53,735 bases of DNA. Origin: Pseudomonadota bacterium. GTDB lineage: Bacteria; Pseudomonadota; Gammaproteobacteria; Ga0077536. Of the stretch, positions 1 to 13,663 are shown in pieces. Position 1 is the first letter of the stretch, and each line of letters opens with the position of its first letter. The notes beneath the pieces were generated by a model. It was not told the DNA's origin. It saw only the letters and a list, made by a program, of their open reading frames with translations, and did not search any database. Location of the stretch: the NCBI GenBank assembly GCA_043734785.1, contig JAYTEX010000279.1, positions 1-53,735 on the forward strand. Reading direction: 5' to 3'. Both the position numbers and the translations under genes were made by a program.

Positions 1-602
<602 letters not shown>

Positions 603-609
603 TCATCAA

Positions 610-1104
610 CTACGCGCGCAGCGCCTTGGTGCCGCGCAGCACACCGAGCACGCCGGAGCGTACCACTTCCATGATGCGCTTCGCGCCGATATTCTCGACA
701 AACGCATCGAGCTTGGCGCCGTCACCGGTCAACTCGACGATATAGCTAGACTCGGTGACATCGACGATCCGGCCGCCATAAATATCTGCGAGGCGCGCAA
801 TCTCGACGCGCTGTTCACCGCCAATCGCGCGGATCTTGATCAGCATAAGTTCGCGTTCGATCGCGCTGCCGTCGTTGAGATCGATCAACCGAATGACATC
901 CACCAGCTTGTTGAGCTGTTTGGTGATTTGCTCGATGACGTCGGCAGAACCCCGGGTGACCAAGGTCAGTCGGGAGACGGTGGGATCCTCGGTCGGCGCG
1001 ACGGACAGCGATTCGATGTTATACGCGCGGGCGGAAAACAGCCCCGCCACGCGGGACAATGCACCGGCGGCATTCTCCAGCAAAATGGAAATCGTGTGAC
1101 GCAT
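610..1104 (-). CDS. ilvH: Acetolactate synthase small (regulatory) subunit
   Basis: 164-aa ORF beginning MRHTISILLENAAGALSRVAGLFSARAYNIESL (ACT domain, like E. coli IlvH). Its ATG shares one nucleotide with the ilvI stop (TAATG). Confidence 0.93.
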   Translation of the reverse strand: MRHTISILLENAAGALSRVAGLFSARAYNIESLSVAPTEDPTVSRLTLVTRGSADVIEQITKQLNKLVDVIRLIDLNDGSAIERELMLIKIRAIGGEQRVEIARLADIYGGRIVDVTESSYIVELTGDGAKLDAFVENIGAKRIMEVVRSGVLGVLRGTKALRA

Positions 1105-2831
1105 TACGCGAGCTCCCGATTCGAGGTGCCGGGCGCCAAGTGCATTTCGTGCTGGCCCTTGCCCGCGACTATCATGGGGTACACGTTCTCGGTCTGGTCG
1201 GTGATGAACTCCATCAACACCAGTCGAGTCTTAAGCGCGAACGCCTCCTTCAATGCGCCTTCCACATCGCTCGGATCCTCAATGCGCATTCCCACGTGGC
1301 CGAAGGCCTCGGCCAACTTCACAAAGTCCGGCAGGGCATCCATATAGGAGTGAGAGTAGCGGCTGTCATAAAAAAATTCCTGCCACTGCCGAACCATGCC
1401 CATATAGCGATTATTGAGGATTACAACCTTGATCGGCAGATCATATTGCAGACAGGTCGAGAGCTCCTGCACACACATGACGAAGCTCGCCTCCCCCGTG
1501 ATACAGGCCACTTGCTGATCGGGAAAGGCCAATTGCACACCCATCGCCGCCGGCAGACCGAAACCCATGGTGCCCAACCCGCCGGAGTTAATCCAGCGGC
1601 GTGGCTGGTCGAATTTGTAGTACTGGGCGGCCCACATTTGGTGCTGGCCGACATCCGAGGTGACATACGCATCGCCCCCGGTGACCCGATACAGCGCTTC
1701 AACCACCGCCTGGGGTTTGATCAACTTGCTGTGACGGTCGAAGCGCAGGCAATCCAGTTTCTGCCAGTCGCGCAGCTGCTGCCACCAGGGATCGGTGTCG
1801 CGATTGACCGGCTTGCGGCCGCTCTCCCCGATCAACTTGTTGAGTTCGGCAAGCACGTTCGCGACACCCCCGACGATCGGCACATCGACGCGCACATTCT
1901 TCGAAATTGAGGACGGATCGATGTCGATATGCACGATTTTCGCAGACGGGCAAAACTGCGCAAGGTCGCCCGTCACGCGATCATCGAAGCGCGCCCCGAT
2001 CGCTACCAGCACGTCGCAGTGATGCATGGCCATGTTGGCTTCATAGGTGCCATGCATGCCGAGCATGCCCACGAACTGAGGGTCGGTCGCGGGATAACCA
2101 CCCAGGCCCATCAGGGTGTTGGTGATCGGGAACCCGAGCAGGCGACCAAAGGTGGTGAGTTCGCGCGAGGCATTGTCGAGAATGACGCCACCGCCGCTGT
2201 AGATCATCGGCTTCTGCGCGCCGAGGATCAGCTGCGCAGCCTTCTTGATCTGCCCCGGGTGGCCCTTGGTGGTTGGCTTGTAGGAGCGCATCTCCACCGT
2301 CTTCGGGTAGTGGTATTCGGCGAGGTTGGCCGTCACGTCCTTCGGAATATCGACCACCACTGGCCCCGGACGGCCGGAGGTCGCGATGAAGAATGCTTTC
2401 TTGATGGTGATCGCCAGATCTTCCACCCGCTCGACCAGAAAATTATGTTTCACGCACGGTCGCGTGATGCCGACGCAGTCGACTTCCTGGAACGCGTCAT
2501 TGCCGATCAGGTGCGTTGGCACCTGGCCGGTGAACACCACCAGCGGGATCGAATCCATGTAGGCAGTGGCAATGCCAGTCACCGCATTGGTCGTGCCGGG
2601 GCCGGAGGTCACCAGCACCACGCCGGGCTTGCCAGTGGCGCGTGCGTAGCCATCGGCCGCGTGCGTCGCGCCCTGCTCGTGGCGGACCAGAATGTGTTTG
2701 AGCGTATCTTGCTTGTAGAGCGCGTCGTAGATGTGCAGGACAGCCCCACCGGGATACCCGAACACGAATTCAACGCCTTCGTCGATCAAGGCGCGCACGA
2801 GGATTTCGGCGCCGCGAAGCTTTTCGTTCAT
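1104..2831 (-). CDS. ilvI: Acetolactate synthase large (catalytic) subunit, ThDP-dependent
   Basis: ORF 1104..2858. The ATG at 2829-2831 gives MNEKLRGAEILVRALIDEGVEFVFGYPGGAVLHIYDAL, matching the IlvI N-terminus. The track start at 2858 is a TTG. Confidence 0.93.
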   Translation of the reverse strand: MNEKLRGAEILVRALIDEGVEFVFGYPGGAVLHIYDALYKQDTLKHILVRHEQGATHAADGYARATGKPGVVLVTSGPGTTNAVTGIATAYMDSIPLVVFTGQVPTHLIGNDAFQEVDCVGITRPCVKHNFLVERVEDLAITIKKAFFIATSGRPGPVVVDIPKDVTANLAEYHYPKTVEMRSYKPTTKGHPGQIKKAAQLILGAQKPMIYSGGGVILDNASRELTTFGRLLGFPITNTLMGLGGYPATDPQFVGMLGMHGTYEANMAMHHCDVLVAIGARFDDRVTGDLAQFCPSAKIVHIDIDPSSISKNVRVDVPIVGGVANVLAELNKLIGESGRKPVNRDTDPWWQQLRDWQKLDCLRFDRHSKLIKPQAVVEALYRVTGGDAYVTSDVGQHQMWAAQYYKFDQPRRWINSGGLGTMGFGLPAAMGVQLAFPDQQVACITGEASFVMCVQELSTCLQYDLPIKVVILNNRYMGMVRQWQEFFYDSRYSHSYMDALPDFVKLAEAFGHVGMRIEDPSDVEGALKEAFALKTRLVLMEFITDQTENVYPMIVAGKGQHEMHLAPGTSNRELA

Positions 2832-3127
2832 AGCTCTATTCTCACTCTGTTTTAGCAAGTGCCGCAGCTTTCGTCCTCGCCTCGATGTGATCCAAGGCTC
2901 GGCCTAGGCCGGTCCCGTAGCCTTGTGAGCAGGGGGTCGGCGGACTATCTGTTAGTGGTCGCTGAGAAATCCACAGCGCCGGTGTCGGGTCAGGGGCCGA
3001 ACGGTAAAAGGATTAGCGTGCGTGGTCAAGGAATTCGAGAAATATGCCGCAGATCCGGCGGAACGGTTGCGACAATCCGAGCTTGTGCCGAGAATGCCCG
3101 CTCCCCGAAACCAAGTGATGCCAGACC

Positions 3128-4840
3128 ATGCGCCTGTCGAAACTGTTACTGCCGACCTTACGCGAATCGCCGGCCGACGCCGAAGTCATCAGCCACCAAT
3201 TGATGCTGCGTGCAGGCATGATAAGGCAACTCGCCGCCGGCATTTACACCTGGCTGCCGCTGGGGTTACGGGTGCTGCGCAAGGTCGAAGCGATCGTGCG
3301 TGAAGAGATGGATCGCGCCGGCGCACAGGAACTCCTGATGTCCGGCGTGTTACCGGCAGAGCTCTGGCAGGAATCGGGACGTTGGGAGAAATATGGGCCC
3401 GAACTCCTGCGCCTGCAGGATCGCCACGGCCGCGCGTTCTGCCTAGGCCCGACGCACGAAGAGATCATCACCGATCTCCTGCGCGGCGAACTCAAGAGCT
3501 ACAAGCAGCTGCCAGCAATTTTCTACCAGATCCAGACCAAGTTTCGCGACGAAGTGCGACCGCGCTTTGGCATCATGCGCGCGCGCGAATTTCTGATGAA
3601 AGATGCCTATTCGTTCCATCTGAATCAGGAGTCGTTGCTCGAGACCTACCAGGAGATGTACGCCACTTACAGTCGGATCTTCGATCGCATCGGGCTGCGC
3701 TATCGCGCGGTGCTCGCGGATACCGGCAATATCGGCGGTTCGGGCTCACATGAATTTCATGTGCTGGCGGATTCTGGAGAAGACCTGATCGCGTTTTCAA
3801 CCAGCGGAGAGTTCGCTGCCAATGTCGAAATGGTACCGGTATCGATGCCCGCAACGCCGCGTGCGGCACCTACCGAGAGCCTCAGCCGGATCGCCACGCC
3901 AGCACAACATTCGGTCGATGAAGTGAGTCGTTTCCTGGCGGTGACCCCCTCGCAAGTCCTGAAAACGCTGGTGGTCGAAGGCGCAGACGGGGGGCTGGTC
4001 GCGCTGGTGCTACGCGGCGATCATGAACTGAACGCGATCAAGGCACAGAACCTGCCGGGGGTGTTTAACCCTCTGCGCTTCGCCCGCGCCGAGCGGATTG
4101 TGCAGGGGCTCGGCTGCGCGCCGGGCTCGCTCGGCCCGGTCGGCCTAGAGATCCCGGTTTGGGTGGATCATGCAGCGAGCGTGGTCAGCGATTTTGTGTG
4201 CGGCGCGAATGAGGAAGACTATCACCTGCGGGGGGTAAACTGGGAGCGCGATCTGCCGGCACCCAACGTGGTCGATCTGCGCAACGTCGTAGCGGGCGAT
4301 GTCAGTCCCGATGGCAATGGCATACTTGAATTGAAGCGGGGGATCGAAGTCGGCCATATCTTCCAGCTCGGCACCAAGTACAGCGAAGCCATGAAGGCCA
4401 CGGTACTCGACGAAAAAGGCAGCGCGGTGACGATGGTCATGGGCTGCTACGGCATTGGGGTGTCACGCATTGTAGCGGCTGCGATCGAGCAAAATCATGA
4501 TGGCAAGGGCATCATCTGGCCAGCAAGCATCGCCCCTTTCCAGGTAGCGATCGCGCCCATCCACCTGCATAAATCCGAACGCCTGCGGCAGGCAGCCGAA
4601 GCGCTCTATGCGCGCTTGCTGGAGGCAGGCATTGATTGCCTGTTCTACGACAAGAATGAGCGCCCGGGGGTAATGTTTGCAGATCTCGAACTGATCGGTA
4701 TTCCGTACCGCTTGGTGATCAGCGATCGCGGCCTCGATGCCGGCACCTTGGAATATAAGGCACGCACCGATGAGGAAGCCGAGAATATTCCGATCGATGA
4801 AGCGCTGCCGATGATCATGCGTAAACTGCCGCGCCACTGA
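3128..4840 (+). CDS. proS: Proline--tRNA ligase
   Basis: 570-aa ORF. The N-terminus [46 protein letters not shown] is typical of bacterial-type ProRS with an editing insertion. Confidence 0.95.
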   Translation: MRLSKLLLPTLRESPADAEVISHQLMLRAGMIRQLAAGIYTWLPLGLRVLRKVEAIVREEMDRAGAQELLMSGVLPAELWQESGRWEKYGPELLRLQDRHGRAFCLGPTHEEIITDLLRGELKSYKQLPAIFYQIQTKFRDEVRPRFGIMRAREFLMKDAYSFHLNQESLLETYQEMYATYSRIFDRIGLRYRAVLADTGNIGGSGSHEFHVLADSGEDLIAFSTSGEFAANVEMVPVSMPATPRAAPTESLSRIATPAQHSVDEVSRFLAVTPSQVLKTLVVEGADGGLVALVLRGDHELNAIKAQNLPGVFNPLRFARAERIVQGLGCAPGSLGPVGLEIPVWVDHAASVVSDFVCGANEEDYHLRGVNWERDLPAPNVVDLRNVVAGDVSPDGNGILELKRGIEVGHIFQLGTKYSEAMKATVLDEKGSAVTMVMGCYGIGVSRIVAAAIEQNHDGKGIIWPASIAPFQVAIAPIHLHKSERLRQAAEALYARLLEAGIDCLFYDKNERPGVMFADLELIGIPYRLVISDRGLDAGTLEYKARTDEEAENIPIDEALPMIMRKLPRH

Positions 4841-4879
4841 GGGCGGCGACGGCGCTAGACACTGGATTATTGCGTTTCG

Positions 4880-5161
4880 CTACGCGCGAATCGTAAACCC
4901 CGTCGCGGCCTCGAGCGGAGCCGTGTCGATCCGCACGGCCGCGACCTTCGCGTGCCGCGGTCCCTGCCAACACCAATCGGCGAACACCGACAACTGCTCC
5001 AGCGTACCGACCGCGTACGCTTCGACCGCGCCCTCCGGCGTGTTACGCACCCAACCCGCGATTCCGAGGCTTGCCGCCATGCGTTGCGCCGACATGCGGT
5101 AGGCAACCCCTTGCACGCGCCCCTCAATCAAGAAACGTTGCGCGATGCGCGGCGCGTGCAT
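4880..5161 (-). CDS. acyP: Acylphosphatase
   Basis: 93 aa, with a V.G.VQGV.YR signature (LIEGRVQGVAYRMSA...GWVRNTPEGAVE). Confidence 0.85.
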   Translation of the reverse strand: MHAPRIAQRFLIEGRVQGVAYRMSAQRMAASLGIAGWVRNTPEGAVEAYAVGTLEQLSVFADWCWQGPRHAKVAAVRIDTAPLEAATGFTIRA

Positions 5162-5167
5162 GCCGAC

Positions 5168-6070
5168 TTATTCCTGTGTCGCCGGGCCGTGCGTGGGCAC
5201 GCGCTGACCAAATGCATGCGTAAATTCAGCCCCAAACAACACCACCAGCCACGAGAGATAAATCCATATCAAGAACAGGGGCACTGCGGCAAATGCACCG
5301 TAGATTTTTTCTTGCTGCGGGAAATGATCGATGTAGAGTGCGAAGCCGCGCTTAGCCGCTTCGAAAAAAAGCGCGGCCACGGCACCGCCATTGAAGGCAT
5401 GGCGCCAAGCGACCGCTCGATAGGGTATGAGTTTGTAGCACGCCGCAAAAGTGAGCCAGATGGCGAGGAATGGCACCAGCTCCAGCGCGATTACGAACGG
5501 CGCGCGCTCCAAATGGGGCGCAACCAAGGGCAGCGACACCGCCAGCGCGCTCGCCGCGATACCCGCCGTTAGCGCCAATGGCCCTAGGCCGAGAATCGCG
5601 ATATAGAGCCATCCACGATGCCACCAGGATCGATGCGTGGTCACTTTCCAGATAGCGTTGAAGGTCGCTTCCACCGTTGCCATCATCGCGATCGCGGAAA
5701 AAGCCAACGCGGCTAGCCCCACGGTCTGCAAGGATTCCGCCTGTTCGACGAATGCGCTGACATAGGCCTGAACCTGGACGCCACTTGCCGGAATGAAGTT
5801 CGCGAAGATAAAATTTTCAATCGCGATGTGCCAGTCATAGAGCGCGGGGACCAAAGTCAGTGTCGCGAGCATCACCGCAAACATCGGAACCAGCGCGAGC
5901 ACGGTGGTATAGGACAAGGCGCCCGCAGCCTGCGCGCAGCCATCGCGGTCGAATTCACGCACCACCTGAATGACGAAACGAAGGTCCTGTTTCATTTCAC
6001 GGGTGAGCAGATAACGGACGCGCCGGGATAGGCCTGCCGCGCGCAATGTCATACGCTGTGCTGCCCGCAC
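5168..6070 (-). CDS. YihY/BrkB family membrane protein (formerly 'RNase BN-like')
   Basis: 300-aa polytopic ORF with the motif AGALSYTTVLALVP and a hydrophobic core. The start is uncertain; internal Met codons lie at 6052 and further in. Confidence 0.8.
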   Translation of the reverse strand: MRAAQRMTLRAAGLSRRVRYLLTREMKQDLRFVIQVVREFDRDGCAQAAGALSYTTVLALVPMFAVMLATLTLVPALYDWHIAIENFIFANFIPASGVQVQAYVSAFVEQAESLQTVGLAALAFSAIAMMATVEATFNAIWKVTTHRSWWHRGWLYIAILGLGPLALTAGIAASALAVSLPLVAPHLERAPFVIALELVPFLAIWLTFAACYKLIPYRAVAWRHAFNGGAVAALFFEAAKRGFALYIDHFPQQEKIYGAFAAVPLFLIWIYLSWLVVLFGAEFTHAFGQRVPTHGPATQE

Positions 6071-6115
6071 CGGCAGCCCTGTCGCGGTCGGTTAACCGTA
6101 GATTGGAGCGTGTTC

Positions 6116-7763
<1,648 letters not shown>

Positions 7764-7767
<4 letters not shown>

Positions 7768-8867
7768 TGCGCGGCAGGCGGGGGCGCCTGATCATAGAAC
7801 CCGCTGCGCAGGTACTCGACATGAGAATGCCGCAGCAACACCACGATCGCAGCCGCGACCGGCAGCGCCAGCAGGACCCCGAAAAAACCGAACAATTGCC
7901 CGCCTGCCATCACCGCAAAAATGACCGCGACCGGATGCAAACCGATGCGATCGCCGACCAGCAACGGCGACAGCACCATCCCTTCCAGCAATTGACCGAT
8001 CCCGAACACCCCAATCACCGCCACCAAATGCCACACATCGCCGAACTGGAGCAAGGCCGCGATACCCGCCAGCAGCACACCGACGATCACGCCCAGATAC
8101 GGCACGAAACTCACGAGGCCAGCGACCATGCCGACGGCGAACGCGAGATCGAGCCCCGTCAGCCACAGGCCGGTCACATAGACCACGGCCAGCACTGCCA
8201 TTACCGTGAGTTGGCCGCGCAGAAATTCAGCGAGTACGGCGTCGATTTCGGCCGCGATCGCACTCACCCGCGGCTCGACTTGGCGTGGCAGCAAAGCGTT
8301 GACATTGGCCACCAAGGTATCCCAATCGCGTAAAAGGTAGAACGTAACGACCGGGACCAATAACACAAAGCTGACCCAGCCGAGCAACATCTGACTCGAA
8401 CGCCCGAGATGCATCACCAATTGCTGGACCACCGTGCCGAGTTCCTGCCAGTGAGAAACCAAGGTCTGTTTGAGCGTTTCCGTGTCGATGCTGAGGGTGA
8501 GTCCAAACTGACGCGACAGGCGCGGCAGCAACCAAGTCTGGATCCAATCGATGGCCTGGGGCGTTTTCGCGATCACCACCGCAATCTGGCGCTCGAGCGC
8601 GGGAATAAGAACTAGCAGTGCCCCGACCCCGAGCACGAACATCACCGCAAAAACGATCATCACCCCTAACACCCGCGACAGCCCAAGACGCTGAAGGCGA
8701 TCGACAAGCGGATCTCCGAGGTAGGCAAGCAATGCGCTGAATAGGAAGGGCGTCAGGGCCGGCGCCAGCAGGTAGAGCAACCAGCCGACGCCCGCGATCG
8801 TCGCGAGCACCAGCCACTTCTGGGAATCAGTCAGTAATCGCATGTCGAGCGCATCGCGGTGGCTCAA
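7764..8867 (-). CDS. perM: AI-2E family transporter (PerM-like permease)
   Basis: 367-aa polytopic membrane ORF with 4-nt overlaps to both DUF2066 and hda. Confidence 0.85.
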
Positions 8868-9907
8868 GGTGTGCTCAAGCGGTAGCGCGTGGGTGCCTCG
8901 GGCACCGCACTCAGCACCTGGCCGAAGCCAATACTCTGCGCCAACGCGTGCAATCCCCCATGGGTCAGCAGCCGAAAGAACACCGTGGTGCCCTCGATTT
9001 TATTCACATCTACTCGCCCTACCACATCGAGACCCGCCAAATAATTGAGCGCACGCCCATACGCATCTGCAGTGGTAATGTCTTCGACGCTGAGCTCGAT
9101 CGTGCTTGTGACAGTCGAGACCGTACTTTGCAAATAGTGATGTGCCAGGGCGTCTAGCGCGCGATCAACGCCCGCAATGAGTAGCGGCACCGGTAACTCG
9201 CCGCTCGCTTCTCCTGCCGCCGTTTCTTCTTCCACCGCGAGCCGCCAGCGCAGCTGCCAGCTCAGCCCATCGGCTTGCTTGTCGAGCAGGATCACGAGAC
9301 TCGCAGGCGTGCCGAACTGGGTAGCGAGGGTGCCGAAACCCGTCAACAAGGCATCATCATCGCCAGCCTCAGCCAGCAAGGCGTTGAGCGTCGCCGTCGC
9401 CGCTGGACGGCGAACGGGAATGGCCCGGAGCGCCGCTTGGCGCACGAGGCTATCGAAAATCTCGCGCGACCTGTCATCCGGCATCACGCGACGGCCGCCC
9501 CCGTCGGTCAGCACCAACCAAGTGGCGACCTCCGGGCGCTCCTTCCCCCACACCGGCAAGCCGCGTTCGCGCAAGGCGGCGCTGACTGCCGGCAGATCGA
9601 AGTCTGCGCGCAACCGCAATGCGCCATCCGCCCCACGCTCGTAGCCGAACAAGGTGTTGTACTGCCTTGCGCGTGCGCGCAGCTTGGCGAGCGCGGGAAG
9701 GTTTGCGCTCTGGCTGTTGCCGGTCAATTTGACCAACACCACCTGAAACGCCGCTTCAATCGCCCGTATCAGTTCCGCCTCCGAATTGTCTGCAGCCGGC
9801 ACCTCTGCCGTATGGAGATCGTCGACCGTGGCAGCCGGCAACGCGGGTGCAAGCACGCCGCACAGCAGTCCAAAGACCAGGCGGAAAATACGTGAGCGCG
9901 TCTGCAT
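8864..9907 (-). CDS. DUF2066-like secreted protein
   Basis: 347 aa with a signal peptide ([26 protein letters not shown]). It is divergent from purM, the position DUF2066 proteins occupy in pseudomonads and xanthomonads. The family call is from memory of that synteny. Confidence 0.65.
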   Translation of the reverse strand: MQTRSRIFRLVFGLLCGVLAPALPAATVDDLHTAEVPAADNSEAELIRAIEAAFQVVLVKLTGNSQSANLPALAKLRARARQYNTLFGYERGADGALRLRADFDLPAVSAALRERGLPVWGKERPEVATWLVLTDGGGRRVMPDDRSREIFDSLVRQAALRAIPVRRPAATATLNALLAEAGDDDALLTGFGTLATQFGTPASLVILLDKQADGLSWQLRWRLAVEEETAAGEASGELPVPLLIAGVDRALDALAHHYLQSTVSTVTSTIELSVEDITTADAYGRALNYLAGLDVVGRVDVNKIEGTTVFFRLLTHGGLHALAQSIGFGQVLSAVPEAPTRYRLSTP

Positions 9908-10009
9908 CCCCGCACGCTATGTGATGCTATCGCGGCAAGTCAAGGCTGGCGCCCCCGCGTGTTCACGCCAACTGTTTACGCCCCCATGCCCGGCCTCTAC
10001 CATGCGCGC

Positions 10010-11089
10010 ATGACCACACCCCCAGAATCTCCGCTCAGTTACCGCGATGCCGGTGTCGATATCGATGCGGGCGCCGCGCTCGTCGACCTGATCAAACCGG
10101 CTGCCCAAGCGACCGTGCGCAAGGGCGTGATGGGTGGTCTGGGCGGCTTTGGCGGACTGTTCAAACTGGCCGCAACCGGCTACCGAGATCCCATTCTGGT
10201 GTCTTCGACCGATGGCGTGGGCACCAAATTAAAACTTGCGATCGACATGAACCAGCACGACACCATCGGCATCGACTTAGTGGCGATGTGCGTGAACGAT
10301 GTGCTCGTGCAGGGTGCGGAGCCGCTGTTCTTTCTAGATTATTTCGCCACCGGCGCCTTGGATGTGGCGACCGCCGCGACAGTGATTAATGGCATTGCGC
10401 AGGGTTGCCGCGAAGCGAACTGCGCACTCTTGGGCGGTGAAACTGCCGAGATGCCCGATATGTACGCGCCAGATCACTACGATCTCGCCGGTTTCGTGGT
10501 GGGCGCGGTGGAAAGCGAGCGCGTCATCGATGGCAGCCGCATCCAAGCGGGGGATCAGATCCTGGCGCTCGCCGCCAGCGGGGTGCACTCGAACGGCTAC
10601 TCACTGGTGCGCAAAATACTGGCCCGCAGTGGCGTCTCGCTATCGACGCCCCTCAAGGCACTGGTGCCGAATGCCGCCGACGAACGTAGCCTTGGCGTCG
10701 CCCTGCTCGCGCCCACCCGCATCTATGTGCGCTCCCTGCTCGCCGCGTTTACGAGATTCACCTTACACGGTCTTGCCCACATCACCGGCGGCGGCATTAC
10801 AGATAACCTCCCGAGAGTGCTTCCCACCGGTACCCACGCCGTGATCGATCTCGCTGCCTGGCCACTGCCGCCGGTGTTTCAATGGCTGCGCGCCACTGGT
10901 CCCGTGACCGAGGCAGAGATGCTAAGGACCTTCAATTGCGGCATCGGCATGTTGCTGGTGGTGGCGCCGCACGACGCGGCCCCGCTCACCGAATTTCTGC
11001 GCGCACAGGGGGAGACGGTGTTTCAGGTAGGGCGGATCGAAGCGGGTGAACAGGCTGAGCGCGTCGTCTACGAGCACGTTCTGGCCTGA
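10010..11089 (+). CDS. purM: Phosphoribosylformylglycinamidine cyclo-ligase (AIR synthetase)
   Basis: [21 protein letters not shown]...DGVGTKL...GGETAEMP motifs. The ATG at 10010 is preferred over the track start at 9959. Confidence 0.93.
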   Translation: MTTPPESPLSYRDAGVDIDAGAALVDLIKPAAQATVRKGVMGGLGGFGGLFKLAATGYRDPILVSSTDGVGTKLKLAIDMNQHDTIGIDLVAMCVNDVLVQGAEPLFFLDYFATGALDVATAATVINGIAQGCREANCALLGGETAEMPDMYAPDHYDLAGFVVGAVESERVIDGSRIQAGDQILALAASGVHSNGYSLVRKILARSGVSLSTPLKALVPNAADERSLGVALLAPTRIYVRSLLAAFTRFTLHGLAHITGGGITDNLPRVLPTGTHAVIDLAAWPLPPVFQWLRATGPVTEAEMLRTFNCGIGMLLVVAPHDAAPLTEFLRAQGETVFQVGRIEAGEQAERVVYEHVLA

Positions 11090-11106
11090 GTCAGGTGCAG
11101 CAGCAC
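10977..11106 (+). repeat. Direct repeat copy 1 (functional purM 3' end plus about 15 nt)
   Basis: It aligns without indels to 14273-14402, at roughly 85% identity by eye. Confidence 0.85.
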
Positions 11107-11208
11107 ATAACAGTCTCCCAACGCGACCACGACTGTTCTTGAGATGAGCGCTAGTCGCGCAATGCACTACAATCTCTACGCTCTCCCACATCAGATAACT
11201 TTTTTGTG

Positions 11209-11979
11209 ATGAATCGACCCCCACGCATCCTGCTCACCAACGACGACAGCCACGACTCCCCGCTGTTTCACTTTGCGATCGAAGCGCTGCGCAAGCTCGG
11301 TGATCTGCATGTCGCCGTACCCGCCACTGAGCAGAGCTGGAAAGGGAAATCCATGACCCGTTACGGCCCGCTGTACGCAGAGCGGATCGCGATTCACGAT
11401 TTTCCGGCATGGTCGGTGACAGGGACCCCGGCGGATTGTGTGAATCTCGCGCTTTACAACCTGCTTGATGAGCAGCCGGATATCGTGGTTTCCGGGATCA
11501 ACATCGGCAAGAACGTGGGGCTGGGTTTCGTCTATGCTTCAGGCACCATCGGGGCGTGTCTGGAAGCCAACATCGCGGGCCTGCCCGCGCTCGCGCTGTC
11601 GCAGGAACTGACGCGCGAGGATTTTATTTACTGGGACCAGCATCGCGCATTTCGCGCAGACACCAGCGCGGTGCTGTCGCAGTCAATAGAGAAACTGATT
11701 CCGCGCATCTGGGCGCAGTTCGTCGCACCGCATATCGCGGAGAAAACCACCTGGAACGTGAATTTCCCTGCTGCCCCCGCAACGATATCGGACATCCATC
11801 GCACGCGACTCGGTTACAGCACCTACCGTAATTGCTTCCGGCAGCGTGGCGACCAGTATCATTTTGCGCTTGCCGCCGCTGATCTCGACCCGGCCCCCGA
11901 TACTGACGACGCGACCCTCAAAGCCGGTCACGTCAGTGTGACTTTGCTCGATATACGAACCTTCGGCCAGGGCCTCTAG
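11209..11979 (+). CDS. SurE-family 5'/3'-nucleotidase paralogue (divergent)
   Basis: MNRPPRILLTNDDSHDSPLF...VVSGINIGKNVG...ASGTIGA. The SurE N-terminal NDD motif and the SGIN.G.N block are present. It is not in the canonical surE-pcm position. Confidence 0.8.
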   Translation: MNRPPRILLTNDDSHDSPLFHFAIEALRKLGDLHVAVPATEQSWKGKSMTRYGPLYAERIAIHDFPAWSVTGTPADCVNLALYNLLDEQPDIVVSGINIGKNVGLGFVYASGTIGACLEANIAGLPALALSQELTREDFIYWDQHRAFRADTSAVLSQSIEKLIPRIWAQFVAPHIAEKTTWNVNFPAAPATISDIHRTRLGYSTYRNCFRQRGDQYHFALAAADLDPAPDTDDATLKAGHVSVTLLDIRTFGQGL

Positions 11980-12068
11980 TGCGCACGGTTCTATAATTAA
12001 CCGACGATTCGCGCGCAGGTAACGTGCCGCGACCATTGTCCAGCCAGTATCACACCCGGCACCGCCCC

Positions 12069-12344
12069 CTAGCCACCAGACCAATACAGAAAAATAATCG
12101 TACCGCTTACCCCGATCGCCCAGGCCTCCAACATAAGCCGCAATGGCAGTGGCGCGGCGCGTAACTCCATGAAATCGAGGAACACGTAGCGGACCTTGAT
12201 GAACGCAATGACGATCACGGCGACCGTGGCATGGCGGTATCTATCACCGAAACCGAGGCCGTGGCCGAATTCCCACGACAACGCGGTCGCCGCGATCAGT
12301 AGAAACCAGATTAAGGTGATTCGATCGAAGAGCAGCGCACGCAT
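12069..12344 (-). CDS. Prokaryotic cytochrome oxidase subunit-IV-like small membrane protein (NorF/NirP-like)
   Basis: 91 aa with 3 predicted TM segments. It lies 4 nt downstream of the CoxIII-like gene. The KVRYVFLDFMEL segment resembles COX4_pro-type proteins. Confidence 0.6.
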   Translation of the reverse strand: MRALLFDRITLIWFLLIAATALSWEFGHGLGFGDRYRHATVAVIVIAFIKVRYVFLDFMELRAAPLPLRLMLEAWAIGVSGTIIFLYWSGG

Positions 12345-12348
12345 CCGC

Positions 12349-12936
12349 TTATCTCATCAGGTACAACAACGCAAAAAGGACGATCCACAAGATATCCACC
12401 ATGTGCCAGAAGCTCGCACCGCTCTCCAGCGTATTGATGGTTTTCTCGCCCAGGTCCTCGGCCCGCGTCACATTCCACATGAACGCCAGCACACCCATGC
12501 CGATCAGTACATGCATCAGGTGCAGACCGGTGAACATGTAGTAGTACATGTAGAAATCGTTGGTCGTCAGCATGATACCCGCGTCAATCTTCTCCTGATA
12601 CTCGAAGAATTTGACGCACACGAAAGCGAAGCCGCACAGAAAAGCGCTCGCGATAAAACGCCGGCCCAAGCCCACCATGCCGCCGCGCGCGGCGCGCAGT
12701 GCAAGGGCGACGAACCAGGAGCTCGTTAGCATCAGGAAGGTATTCAGCGCGCCGAGGTGCTGGTTCAGCGCGCGCTGCGACTCCACATAGAGCGTGACGT
12801 TCTCGGCACGGTAGTACACGAACACCACGAAGAAGGCCGCGAACATCAGCATGTCGCCCATAATGAACACCCACACGCCGGTTTCTCCGGGCAGATGGGT
12901 GCTCGCCCCTCGGGGGGTATCGATCACAACGCTCAC
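12349..12936 (-). CDS. Cytochrome c oxidase subunit-III-family protein, short 5-TM form (NorE/NirO-like)
   Basis: 195 aa with hydrophobic helices and FTGLHLMHVLIGM and FWHMVDILWIVLF blocks typical of the COX3 family. Confidence 0.75.
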   Translation of the reverse strand: MSVVIDTPRGASTHLPGETGVWVFIMGDMLMFAAFFVVFVYYRAENVTLYVESQRALNQHLGALNTFLMLTSSWFVALALRAARGGMVGLGRRFIASAFLCGFAFVCVKFFEYQEKIDAGIMLTTNDFYMYYYMFTGLHLMHVLIGMGVLAFMWNVTRAEDLGEKTINTLESGASFWHMVDILWIVLFALLYLMR

Positions 12937-12970
12937 ACGATGTTCAGCGCGATAAAGTCTGGAACATCCT

Positions 12971-13663
12971 TCATGCCGCGCGCGCCTGAGCGAGGATCGC
13001 CCGACGCAGGAAGAAGACCATCACGAGGTACCAAGCGAAAAAAATCAGGAGCGGGATCCAGAATGCGAACACGCCGTTCCAGGCGAAAGGCCCGGTCTTG
13101 AAGAAGGTGAGCAGGCCACCTGGTATAAACAGGACGCCGACCCAAATCGTAAAAAAGCCGAGCCAGCGCGGAAACACCGGCACCGGACTCTGGTCCCCGA
13201 GCACTGCTAAACCGATCGCGAAGTTCTGGATAATGAATGTCGTGAACGGCATCAGGAACACGACCCAGCCGAGATCGTTCAGCAGCAAGATCAGATCCGC
13301 ATCGCGTTCCGGACGAAACGCCGCCGTCGTCCAGATCAGACAGGGTAACAGCAGGAAAATCACGCCAGCCGTCCCGGCGGACAACTGGGTGTAGGTGAGG
13401 ATCGGCGGATTGCCTTCCATACGTTTCATCTGCACCGAAATCACGGCAAAAAAGGCGCTCATGAAGCCGCAGCTCGCCATCATGATGAAAAGACCGAGTC
13501 GGATCTCCGAGGTCCGGGTCTGATACATGGACGCGATGTCGAGCGCGGTTGCATTCGGCGATACCGGCGGCACGAAATGCGACACCAACCAGAAACCAGT
13601 CATGAACAACAGAGTGAACACTAAGCCACTCCAGGCACACAGAATTTGATTGCGCGTATTCAT
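12971..13663 (-). CDS. Polytopic membrane protein of unknown function
   Basis: 230 aa from the ATG at 13661-13663, preceded by AGGGAG. It has about 6 hydrophobic segments and is co-oriented with the CoxIII/IV-like pair. No family was recognised. Confidence 0.6.
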   Translation of the reverse strand: MNTRNQILCAWSGLVFTLLFMTGFWLVSHFVPPVSPNATALDIASMYQTRTSEIRLGLFIMMASCGFMSAFFAVISVQMKRMEGNPPILTYTQLSAGTAGVIFLLLPCLIWTTAAFRPERDADLILLLNDLGWVVFLMPFTTFIIQNFAIGLAVLGDQSPVPVFPRWLGFFTIWVGVLFIPGGLLTFFKTGPFAWNGVFAFWIPLLIFFAWYLVMVFFLRRAILAQARAA

